64,000 bases of DNA from Paramecium tetraurelia (taxonomy: Eukaryota), in contig CT868541.1 of the NCBI GenBank assembly GCA_000165425.1, forward strand, positions 1-64,000. Direction: 5' to 3'. The translations under genes and the position numbers were made by a program. Shown piece after piece: positions 13,956-26,578 of the stretch (within the stretch, counting starts at the first letter, position 1; each line of letters starts with the position of its first letter). Below the pieces are notes generated by a model. The model was given only the letters and a program-made list of their open reading frames with translations, was not told the origin of the DNA and searched no databases.

Positions 13956-16102
13956 TCATTGTTAAAATTAAATAAGTATTTTTTATAATTCTATTACATT
14001 CACTGGTTTATTCAAGAAGTAGCTCATCCCTATATCGTAACAACGTTATTTTGTATCACTGTCTGTATATGCAGTGCAGGCAATTATTTTGAATTGATTT
14101 CCATAAAGAGATATTAAATTTCTACTTGTTTCATATCCATTCATCAAAGGCATATTAATGTCCATAAATATCCCTGAATAAGCATATCTGTTTTCTTGCA
14201 CTTTTCTCAAACATTCAATCCCATTAAAAACATAGTCAGTCTCAATATTCATTCTCTTTAATATGAGTTATAATCCTATGATATTGATCATTTCATCATC
14301 CACAATTAGAAATTTCATAGTTTGCTTAATGTTTCTATTTAAAGTCGTAGTCCTTGTCTTCCTTTCAATTGAATTGACTTCCTCATTTATAAGACTTTCG
14401 GTGTTTTCCTTAATTTGATCAATCAAACCTCTATATGATAGCACTTTTGGCATTGAATTCTAGGACACTCTACTTCCCATTCTACTAAGTCTTCTTCCAA
14501 CGTTTTTCTCAATTTATGTTTATTTTAGATCAATATAAGAATATTTATTAACTTTTTAGATACCTAATCCATTTAAACTGGATGTTGGCAATATATTATT
14601 CGATACCATAAACCAAAACGTTGTTCCTACTTCATTAATTTTGAACTGTAAACCATTTTGTTAGTTAGACAAATGCAAACACAATTTATTAGCTAGATAG
14701 CATCCTAACCCAAATCCTGCTGTATTAGCAGTGATGTGGTGTTCACTCTTAAAATCCTACTTTAACATTTCTCTTAAATTCTTCTCATCTTCCTTGCTCA
14801 TCCCAATTCCAGTATCCCTAACAGAGAACTCTACATTATCATCGTTTAATTAATTAGCAGATATTATTATGGAACCATTTATTGTAAACTTTTAAGCATT
14901 GGAAATTAAATGAATTAAGATTTACTTGATTCTCCGTTAATCTGATATTATCTACTAACCTTCTGGTATGTAATTCAAATATTCTAATTGTAATTACTTT
15001 TGTTTGCACTATTCTTGGAACAAAGTTGTCACAGTTTCAAGGATATTAGAAATATCTAATTGCTCCAATTATAATTTGAATTATCTACCAAGAATATCAT
15101 TGTAATCTACCATATCCAAAATAAAGTTATGCATAATTTCACAAGTATTTTTTATTGAATAATAGTATTATTGAGAGGGATACTTGTCAATGGCAACTTG
15201 TGCAATAGCCAAAATGAAATTTAAGAGTGTTCCAAATTCATGTGATATAGTTGTAAATAATTATTTCATTATTTAATATAAATATTGCCTTTTTAGATAA
15301 TCGTCTCGCTCTTTGCTATCTTAAAAAGTAATGTTGATCAATTCGCTATTCTCCTCCTAAGTAATTGAAATAATATGATCTGGAAGTAAATCACTATCTA
15401 ATATCTACATTGAAACCATTTTTTTTAATTTAAACTGACTTAATAATTCAATTAATTCAATATTTTTAAATTTTAGATCCAACTATTGTTTACTTGAGAT
15501 GTCAACTTTTTTAACTTTTAAAGATTTGTTATTTAATTTTTGCTTAATATATTGATTCATAAAGATGCAATTCATATTTTTTTTATTGAACATCATAACA
15601 CCTTAACTTTCTAATTATCTTGGACTTTAAGATTTAGTTGTATTAGAAAAACAATGATTAAAATTTTTTTTTTTGTTTTTTAATTATTTATGAACAAGTA
15701 TTAATAAGATTCCTAAAGCAAAAATTGCATTGCGAAAATAGTCAACCAAAGTGCTTGATACATTCACTACGACTAATATACTAATTCCTTTGTTACAGTA
15801 AACTCTTTACCTAAAAGCGACAAATTTCTAAAGACTTTTTAATCGACTCTCTTACTGTCATTCATCAGTAATAAATAAACAATATTGTAAGGTATCAATT
15901 ATTTATTATAGAATGCCATCAGACTAATTTAAACAGATAAAATCGTGGTTTCATACATTTGAAAAAATTGATTAGTCTCAAATTTTATACTGCCAAATTA
16001 GGTGCAAATCAGTCCTATGTTTAAGCATATTGATGTAAGATTTGAGGCATCAAAACAACTTATAATATTTAGTAATAACATGGTGATCTTAATATATAAC
16101 AT
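13956..16102 (-). CDS. Membrane-bound hybrid histidine kinase, HK2 (tandem paralog of HK1)
   Basis: MLYIKITMLLL start; intron near 15790-15812; H-box ISHEFGTLLN; HLISNAQKFT; DTGIGM; AGFGLG; receiver FLIVDDE...IFMDINMPLMNGYE...ACTAY...NKP (ORFs 14046-14453). Possible homopolymer errors near 15540-15680. Confidence 0.88.
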
Positions 16103-16414
16103 ATTATAATTAATAACAAAATTTTCACTTTTTTTGTTTATTATTCGACTTTGTATTCTAAACTTCAAAAACTACATTGTATTAACATTCCTGAATTTCC
16201 ATTTTTATAAAGTTCTGCTTCATAATTTATCATTCGATCTGCGTGTGATCTGTACTTAATGAAAATCTAAAAGGAAATAAACATTATTTTAATAAACAAT
16301 TTGATAAACAGAAACAATATCTAGTATTCTGATTTTCTAATAGTTTGATTTTTAAGAATTTTTTGCTTTTAAGTTCTTAAAAACTTATTTAATTTTATCG
16401 TTTTATAATATTTA

Positions 16415-16800
16415 ATGGAAGATTTAAATAATCCCTTCGAATTATAATAAAAAGTAAAGAAAATGTTTTAAAGTTACAGCAAAAAAAAATATCACTTGGA
16501 TTTTTTTACGTTATAATTTGATCATTAATGTAAATTACTACTTGGATAGAGGGTTATTCGTTGAAGATGATACAAAATTATTATTATTTCCAAGACATGA
16601 TAAAATAATAAAATTACTCAAGTTTTATGGATTTTTCAAAACAAATATAATTATTATTATTAAAGCTTAATTTTCCAGATTTGATTATGAAATTCAACGA
16701 AGAACTCTTTGTTAATTTGTGGGTAATATTTGAGAGCAATATGTTATTATTATAAATTTTACATTTTGCTATTTAAATATTTTCTTTAAAAATACAATGA
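16415..16800 (+). CDS. Small hypothetical gene or gene remnant
   Basis: ATG in an A-rich context, about 100 codons open in code 6 with one plausible tiny intron near 16530-16551. The 3' frame is ambiguous. Confidence 0.3.
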
Positions 16801-16927
16801 AACAGATTGACTTGTTTATAATTGAGTTTTTCATTAAAAATATGATGCACTTATTTAATCTATGAGTAAAATACTTGTTGGAGGATTTTAATATAATGAA
16901 TTTATAAATTATATAACTTATCATTGA

Positions 16928-19900
16928 ATGGCTGATGAAGATGGCTTTTTGAGTGATGATGTATTAAGTGATGCTAATTAAGGGTTCTTTTACGGATCGG
17001 AAAAAATAGAATAAAGTTGTCCTAAATCAAATGGTTGAATTATGGAAGGACAATGAAGATTTTAACAGATCTGAGCATGTGGCGAATGGAGTTTAACAAT
17101 TAGCGAACGATTTCATGGAGGAGTTAGATGAAGAATATGAATAGGAATATAAGGCAGCAAACGTACCAGAGTAGATTTGTATTGATTTGATCCATATGAA
17201 TTCTTTACAGAAGGCTTTTTAATATAGAGATAAGTATATATTCAGCTATTAAAGTAGCTAAGATATCCGATGTTGCGCGTTAGAAAATAAATACTAATTT
17301 TGGTCAAAACAATTTCATACACTGCTTTAAAGATTTCAAAACACTAATTATTTGAGGCCTTGACTTTGGTAGTAATCATAATAAATTCAATTTTACTTTC
17401 AATTTAGTATGATGATCAAGAGGCTCTTGAATTAACATTTTTAATATTGTATTACGTAGAAGCGTTGATAAAAATAATTGGAAAAGGACTAATTTTTAAT
17501 TCAGGTGCATATTTAAGAGATATTTGGAATGTAATTGATGCCTTGGTCATAGTGGCTGGTTCTTTGTAATATTTCATGAGTACATCAGTTTAATTGAGTG
17601 CTTTGAGGTCACTTAGAGTCCTAAGACCCATAAAAGCAATTTCATCAATAAAATCGTTGAAGCAAATTATGACAACTTTCTTTTTATCTTTTAATGAATT
17701 GGCAAATGCCTTGTTAGTGCTGGGATTCACCCAAGTAATATTTGCAATAATTGGATTATAACTATTCTAAGGATACACTAAGTATAGATGTTTTGATGAG
17801 TATGGAATCCAATCGATGGAAATTGATTAGCAATATTGCCACAATTGTCTTGATGGTTATATATGTGGTAAAATGTTGGAGAACCCTAAAAAAGGATATT
17901 TGAGTTTCGATAATTTTGGTTTAGCCCTATTGCAAGTGTTTATTATTAGTAATTTGGAGGGTTGGGTGGATATAATGGCAGCGATTATTTACACTTTTTC
18001 AGAAGTGGCAGTTCTTTACTTTATCACATTTATAATAATCAGTGCCTATTTTTTAATTCATCTTACTTTAGCAATTTTGAAGGTGAATTTTAAGAAATCT
18101 AATCATATTGAAGATAATTAGGTCGAAGAGGTGTCTTACAATTATAGATAGTTGAAAAGATTGAATATTTATAAGCCTATAAACGATAATAAACGAAAAT
18201 AAAATTTCCATAGATAACAAAGTATGAGAAGATCAAGAATTATCAGATCCATTTAACCTAAGCAACCTACATTTATAGAGAATTCTGTTAATTAAGTTTC
18301 TCAAGTCAAATTGCCATTTAAACCACTACTCATTAACGAGTATAGTAAACCTAAAAAGCTTAAGCATCATAATACTATGATCACGCTACATGGAATTTAT
18401 GGGGTTAAGAATGACGAATCAAAATAGAAAAATAATGATTCAAATAATCATTTGTACAGAAGAGCCACTTAAAGAAATATTCTCAAAAGAGGAACTAGTA
18501 TTTTAGAGAGCAATCCCCTTTAAGAATTAGAACAAATGCTTCAAGGGGAAAAGGAAAGAATTCCTAGATAGACATTAGCCTAATAAAAGTTAATTAAAGA
18601 TGTGAAATTAATTGCATCTTCATTTCAAAAAGCTCCTGCTTTGATCACAACTGTCAAATAAGCTCTTAGAAAAAGTAGAATTGAGTAGGAGGTCAAGTAA
18701 TAAGACAGCTCCTTGAGTGTGTCACTAACTGAAATCGAGTCAGTAGCAGATGAAAAGGTAAAGGAGCGATTTTAAGAGCTGGATATTCTCTATTAAGAAG
18801 ATAAGGAAGAAAAAGCTGCAGGAGAACCTAAAAAGCAAATTTAACCGACTTCAAAAAAATAAAAGAAAGCGGAATAATTTAAACCTTAATCCATGGAGAT
18901 TAGCAAAGAAGATGAGAAATTGAAGATTCGACTCTTCGAAACTAAATTATATCCAAGAGTTCTGTATAAAGAGCATATTTGTGAATCAATTAAAGATATA
19001 TTGCCATCCTTAGAGAGAGAAACTCAATTGCTAGAACTCTAAAAGAGAGAAGAAAAACGCAAGAATATGAAGGTTTCATTACGATACTAACTATAAATTC
19101 AAGTCATAGAGAAGAAATTCGAAAAGAAAGATAGAAAACTCACTTATGATTCATCAAAGGATTCTTCAAATAAAAATGTGAAGATTTTTCCTGACACTGT
19201 AAAGCAGCAGTCTAAATTTGCCAGATAGGCTGAGTTTATTGCTAGATCACCTTCTTCATTTAATGGTAGCAATCGTTAAAAAATGATTGGAAAATCTTAT
19301 TTTAAGCCTTACAATCAGATTTAATAATACTCATATAAATAGTGTAAGGATTTTTTTAATCATGATTTAACAGATCAATATCTACGGAATAGAATAGAAG
19401 AAGTTGAGATAAAAGAACCTGAAATAAGAATTCCGAAGGAAGAATATTTCCATCATCATAAGTTCTATTAACAATTTCATATGTAAAAAATATAGGATAT
19501 AGAAAACTTGAATGGGGAATTAATAACTGAGGCTTCAATTTTAGAGGTAAAGGCAGTTGATTTTGATCCTTTTATGATGAATAAATATGAAAAGATTATT
19601 TAAGCCTTAAATTATACTTAGGATAATTTTTACATTTATATGAAAGGAATTGTCGGGATATACAAACTAGTTAGATTTAGGATGAATATTATATTAGGCA
19701 CAAATGCTTTTGAGTATATAATTAATCTTTTCGTCTTAGCCAACACAGTAGTATTGGGACTAGATGGTTTAGTTAGTAATAAAAGTGAACTAGAAAAATT
19801 GAATTTGTTTTTTACAATTTTGTTCACAGTTGAATAGGTTTTAAAGATCTTCACATATGGTATTTCTAAATACAGCAAAGACATTATGAATATATTTGAT

Positions 19901-22900
19901 TTGTGCATAGTTCTACTTAGTTTGATTGACTTGCTATTTTTATCATCTGGAAGTGGATCACACTTATAAGCATTTAGGTCGCTGAGGCTATTTAGGGCTT
20001 TTAGAATATTCCGTGTAACTAAATTAGTGAGGTATAAATAACAATAATTTTAATTAGGAGTCTGGCATACACAAACTTTTTGATCTAAATTTTGAGCAAT
20101 GCTTTCTATTCGCTTATGTACATAACATTTCTATTATTTCTATTCATTTATATATTCACACTATTGGGCATGTCATTTTTTCAAGGTGCCTTAACAAATA
20201 CTCAATACAGAACTAGTTTTGATACCTTTTTGGATAGTTTGTTAGTAGTCAGTTAGATTTTGATTTTGTAATGGATTGATGTTTTATATGAATTGCTGTT
20301 GTCAGATGTGAATAATTCATTAGTGATAAGTTATTTATTAATTTGGATATTTATTGGAAATTATGTTTTACTTAATTTATTGATGGCTAGTCTGTTAAAT
20401 TATTTTGAAGACGAGTATTAATAAGAAAACATTCAATCTTAAAGGCCTTCGATTACTGTGACTTTGGTGGATAGAGTGATTGAAGACAGTCCAGAAAATC
20501 CTATTTTTTAGAAGGATAAAACATAATTTAGTAATTCAAGTTCAAATGATATGAGAATGTCTACAATGAAGAATGCTTTTACTTACAACTTTGATTTTAG
20601 ATAGTGTAAGCTGTCCTTAATGTTGTTTGATGAACAGAATGCATTTAGAATAATTTGTTAAAGAATTATTAATCACAAAGTGTTTAATCTGGTTATCTTC
20701 TTTGTAATATGTTTTAGTACTATAAAATTGATTTTGGATACATATTTTGATAACTTCCTTATTGAATTTGATATTTTTATAACCTGTGTTTTTTTGATCG
20801 AATTTCTGCTAAAAGTAATTGCATAAGGATTTATAACTGAACCTAACACTTACATGAGAAATACTTGGAATGTATTAGATTTTACAATTATCATTATTTC
20901 GATCATCGACATACCTTATACAGATTAAAATCTCAGTTATTTTAAAGTGCTCAGATTGTTGAGAACGTTAAGGCCTTTGAGATTAGTCAAAGAAAATAAA
21001 TAGTTGAAATTGTTAGTGACTACTCTATTGAATTCACTTTCAGGTGTACTGAACGTGACTATTATTATTCTATTAGTGTTTATAATGTTTGGTATACTGG
21101 GTGTTAGTTTACTACAAGATAAAATGCACTATTGCGATATAATCTCAAAGGATGAGTTTAATTATTATAATTAACAGGAATGCAAGGAACTGGGCGGAGA
21201 ATGGAGTAATAGGAATATGAATTTTGATAATATACTAAATTCAATTCTAACACTATTTATCCTGAGTAGAAGAGACGATTGGGACAAACAAATATATTGG
21301 TATATAGATGCAAGTGATGATGGTCCAGAAAAGAATGCTTAATTGTGGATAATTATATATTTTCTCACATTCATATACACAGGATCCATATTGTTGATGG
21401 ATTTATTTACAGGAGTGATTTTTGTAAATTACAAGTTTGCTGATTTCTCCATGAAGGATAAAGTGTTATCGCCTGATCAGGAGGATTGGATTAACATTTA
21501 AAAGATGATCGTTGCTTCCAGTCCAAATTTTGCATTATATTATCCCCCCTTGAATTTCTATAGAGCACTTATCTTCAAACTAATATCAAACAAATACTTT
21601 GATGGAACAATAATATTTCTCATAATTTTCAATGTTGTTGTGTTATCTCTGAATTATGATGGTAATTATCAATTTAATAGTAGAATCTTCAAGCAATTAC
21701 AATTCCATTTTAGAGACCTTGAATCTGTGTTTCAACTTCATTTTCATTGGGGAGTGTATTCTAAAGATAATTGCTTATGGTCCAAAAGGATACTTCAGGA
21801 ATAGTTGGAATTAATTTGATTTCTTCGTGGTTTTGACATCAGCTTTGGATATCACTCTGAAGTTGAGTGGGGCGAGTAATCAGAATTCATTCTTGTCGTC
21901 TGGCCCATAATTATTTAGAGTGTTTAGGGTGTTGAGAGTAACCAAGTTGTTTAGGTTGGTGAAACAATTGAAGGGCTTAAAAAAACTCATTGACACTGCA
22001 ACTTTTGCATTGCCTGAACTATTTGAATTAATCCTGCTTATGTTGTTAATGTATTGTATCTTCGCAATCCTAGCAACATTTCTATATTCTGATGTGACTG
22101 ATGGGAGCATTATTGATGATACCTATAATTTTAAGAATTTTCATCATGCACTCTTAGCTCTTTTTAGATGCACTACAGGTGAAGGTTAGTACTAGATTAT
22201 TTATGATATTATGGAATCTCATGGAGCAGTCCATTGTTTATTCTTTGTTGTATTCTCAATTGCAATTTAAAGAATCATGTTAAATTTGTTTATTTTGATT
22301 GTCATTCAATAATATGAACGATTTTATATCAATTCTGATAACCCACTTCAAAGATTCAAAGAATTCGAATAAGACTTCATAGATGGGTGGGCACCTCTAT
22401 CTAAACAATATGGTGGAAACTATATCAAGGTTAAATAGTTGATCAGTCTGGTATTAACAATCAAATCTCCTCTTGGCTATGATCTAAATGAGAAGATCCT
22501 ATTAGCCTTGGATGACTGGAAGAAGTTTAATTAGGAAGTTAAACAAACTCAATAGAACATCGATAGGATCATCAACATAGTAACAGCAGACTCCAAAAAG
22601 AAAGTGGCCACCACTATAATGACGATGGAAATGACAGCCACAGATGATGGATAATTGGAATATCATTATGTCTTCTTCACTATCATGAAAATGTTCCAAC
22701 AATAATTTATGCAAAAAACCACCAAAGAGGCTAAAACCAAAATAAAACAGCATGAAGAACAAACCCTGCAAAGAATTAGGAAGAATAGAATTTACATCAA
22801 CGGAGTGAATCCCTGTGTGTAATTACTATACGTGATGATGTGTTTTAAAGCATTCAAGAGATTCTCAGAGAAGGCTCAAGACAAAGCCTTACAGAAACCA

Positions 22901-23164
22901 TAAGAATTCAGCGAATAAAGCTCAGATTCATATTATTGTTATTCAAGCTCCGAGATTGCCCAACGTGAACCTCAAAGCATCATGTCCAATACATCTAGAG
23001 AATCTTAGAATCAATTTTGTACTCCACCTGATCTTACTGTTTATCAGAGTGAAATCAACATCAACAGCAACAAGACTTCTTTGATCCAAATTTTTAATAG
23101 GCAACAAGTGTCCTTAAGTTAAACAAGTGAAATCAACAGTCCCTATATTGAATCAGCTAAATGA
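16928..23164 (+). CDS. Four-domain voltage-gated cation channel alpha subunit (Cav/Nav superfamily, Cav-like)
   Basis: Four S4 segments (LRSLRVLRPIK; FRSLRLFRAFRIFRVTKLVR; LRLLRTLRPLR; FRVFRVLRVTKLFR), YLRDIWNVID-type S3 motifs and four pore loops (NLEGW, ILQW, RRDDW, TTGEG). Tiny introns, e.g. 16961-16982 and 21662-21683. TGA at 23162-23164. Confidence 0.93.
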
Positions 23165-23225
23165 TATTAAGATCTATATAATATTTTAAATTATTATTAT
23201 TATTATTAAATATTCTGAAATCATT

Positions 23226-24045
23226 ATGAGTTTTGATTTTGAAGAGTTTGAAACGAGCTTTGAAACATAAAAGAAAATGTTAGACAACAGGATATTGTAG
23301 ATCTAGAAGTAGAATGAAACTCTGATGCAACAACAATCGATTAAGTAAAATACCATGTAAGCTTGAAAGATAGGATTAATTACGAGAAATCAAATAGGAC
23401 ATGAAATTAGAGTTGTAGGAAATTAAATAGATCATCGCCGCTCTTGAAGACACTGCTAATAGAGATCAAAAATTCCAACTCAAACAATTAAAATAAAAAG
23501 TGGTCAAATTTGAGGAGCAGCACAAAGCTATAGTCAAATAACTAATAAAATAATCGATTTCTGAACAGTTTGATAGGTTGTCGATGCAGGAATCACAATT
23601 CGTTTAGGATAATCAGATGACTGAGTTACAAAAAGGGCAATCTAAACTCATGGTCTCTTCAAATTCAATCCCAAATAGTCTTCCCAAAGACAATTAAATA
23701 TTAATTGTTCCATCTAAGAAATAAAGTGGATTATCATTATCTTTAAAATAACCACTTCTTGAATTAGAAAATGAATAACTCTAAGAGAAAAGAGACTCTA
23801 ATGAAAAGGATACCAAGGAAATTGAAGAATAAGTTGTATAATAATTAAATTAAGAATATATAGAATATTAAAATATGATTGTTGAATAGGAGAATTTAGA
23901 AAAATATAATCAAGAAATTGATTAACTCGTCACATTTTAAAAAAGTGACAAAAAATGCTTCAAATATTCAATAATCAGTGCAATTGTATTAATCATCCTC
24001 GGTGTTCTAATATTTTTGATAATACATTATTTATATATTAAATGA
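23226..24045 (+). CDS. Tail-anchored coiled-coil protein, syntaxin/SNARE-like
   Basis: Helical Q/E/K-rich body and a single C-terminal TM (IISAIVLIILGVLIFLIIHYLYIK*). One intron near 23357. Confidence 0.6.
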
Positions 24046-26528
24046 TATTGGCTTTTTTATATAGTAGCATGTGGCTTTGTAACACAATCTATGAAATGGT
24101 GCTTGGGATTGAGTACAATATTAATATGATAGAGACAGCTATTTTACCATGGTATTGAGTTTGTAATCATACTTTGTTTCCTCTAAGTTCAATACTTACA
24201 AAAAACAAGAGAATAATTGTGTATTTTGGTTCCAATATTCCTCTTAATGTTGAATGTTGTAAGTATGTATTTTTCATATCATAGTTATTATCTCTGCAGC
24301 GAATTAGGAAAGACTTTTTCTATTCATATTGCCGACTTAAATATATGATAGTTTAAATAGGAATGAAACTAAGAGATATTATTTCATCATCTGCAAAGTA
24401 TTGCACTTTGTTTCTTTATGCGTTTGGAAAGTCATTCAAAATTTAAATAATGGTGAGCCAATTGTTATTATTTTTATTCTAATCTTATTCTCTTTAGTCA
24501 GTCCAAAGGAGCAAGACAAATAATTAAAACGCAACGATACTGACTTCGAGGACACAATTCACATAAGAACAAACTCCGATTCTGATCGTGTATAGGAGAT
24601 GCAAAATAATTTGGTAGGCATAATCAAATTAGATTGGACATACAACCTCATCATGTGCAATTCACGAGCTCAAAATTTACTAAAAAACATAAAAATTTAA
24701 AATCTTTTAGATAGTCTTGTTATTTCAATCGACAAATAAACCAAGACATTGTTGCAAGATTAATATAATTGCAAATTCCCATCGATTCAAGATTTGAAGG
24801 AGCTTCAAAATGCTTATACTTTAAAAGAACTCATTGAATAAATCAAATAAAATCAAAAATACCCATATGAATTTGAAGTATTCTGCTTAAAAGGATATAA
24901 TGAATTTTATTTGAAAGTTTTTATATTTGATTCTAAATCATTCACAATAGTGATGCAAAATATGGAAGAGTACAAATTATAGATTAAAAAAGTATTTACT
25001 TAAACCACAATGCAGCAGTTATTCAAAAGCTTTAGTCACGAGTATAATACCTCATTAAATTACATACTTGCTTTGGCTTAAGTGGCTGAATGTCATAATC
25101 AAGTACCAAAATATATTTAAGAACAATTTTTTAAACCCATCTTAGCAAATGGAAAAGTTATGCATAGTATGGTATTGGATATGATGGACTACAACAGCAT
25201 TTTAGGGAAAACATTCAGTCTAGAAGTCTCACATTTCAATATCTAGGAACTCATTTTAGAAGTAATCTCACTTTTCAAGGATCAAATCAAGAAAAAGAAT
25301 CTTGAAATTGAATTTGAAAGCAATCTCTAAGTCACTGATATTTTATCTGATCGGAATAGAATCAAATAAATTTTGATTAATCTTGTATCTAACGCATAAA
25401 AATTTACACTCCATGGTAACATAAGATTGAGAGTGGAATATCAAATTTTAAATGCTAAGCACTAAGAAATAATCTTCCATGTCTAAGACACAGGAATAGG
25501 AATGGCAAAAGAGGAATAAGAAAGGTTGGTCCTACTGTTGTAATCAGGAGTACCATCTATTTCAAAGATCTCAAAAAATACTGCCGGTTTTGGATTGGGT
25601 CTATTTATTAGTAATAAAATTGCCGAAGCATTATCCTAATAAAGATATGAAAAGGGGGGAGGTTTGAGATTTGAAACTCAGACTGGTAAAGGGTTTCATT
25701 GTTGGTTTTCCGTTTACCATTAAATTGTAAGTCCTTCTATTAAACCAAATAATCCGAGAAGTCCTTTGGTGTTGTTGAATAAAAAGGTGGTGATTGACAC
25801 CAGATAGACCTAAGTCAATGCTGGGGTGGAACATCTAAGAATGACTTAGATGAGGTCGAAGTTCTCACATCTGCTCAATAATAAGGTACCTTCAATTGAG
25901 TAGAACTTATTACGAGAAAGAAGGCCTCATAATAAACTGAAGCTTGTTTAGACATTGATTGATGCTGTTTCTTAGGATTCAGTCAATAAGGAATGTTCAA
26001 TTGATGAATTTTAGAGTAGGATCAAGTACATGAAAGGATCTGGCCAATAAAAGCAAGAGTTATAGCAACAGCAATGTTAAATAAGAATAAATTAATCCAA
26101 TTCAGATTGCAGGTGTCCATAGATTTTGATTGTGGATGATGAGTAAATCAATATTATGGCATTGTCAATTTTGTTGGAGCAATTCAATCTTACTTCCGAT
26201 CAGGTGTTTAATGGGTAGGAATGTGTAGATTTGATATTTTCAAACTAAAAGAAAAGTATGTGATTTGATATAGTTAGCATATTGTAGCAAGTGCAGTGAC
26301 AAGTAGTACCAACTTATTTTTATGGATATTAACATGCCTCTTTTGGATGGGTGGGAGGCGTCGAGACAAATAAAAAAGAAATGTTCAATATCCATAATTG
26401 CTTGTACTGCGTTTACTGACAATGAAACAAAGGAACAGTGTTATTAAAATGGAATCGATTATTACATCTCTAAACCAGTTAAGAAGGACTCTTTAGCGTA
26501 AGTGCTTCAATATTACGATATTCTTTGA
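24042..26528 (+). CDS. Membrane-bound hybrid histidine kinase, HK3
   Basis: Hydrophobic N-terminus with tiny introns; H-box FSHEYNTSLN; NLVSNAQKFT; DTGIGM; AGFGLGLFIS; receiver ILIVDDE...IFMDINMPLLDGWE...ACTAF...SKP; TGA at 26526-26528. The start could instead be the ATG at 24069. Confidence 0.88.
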
Positions 26529-26578
26529 CTATTTATATAAAATTTTGGATTTAAAATATTATTAATTTGTCAAATTAA

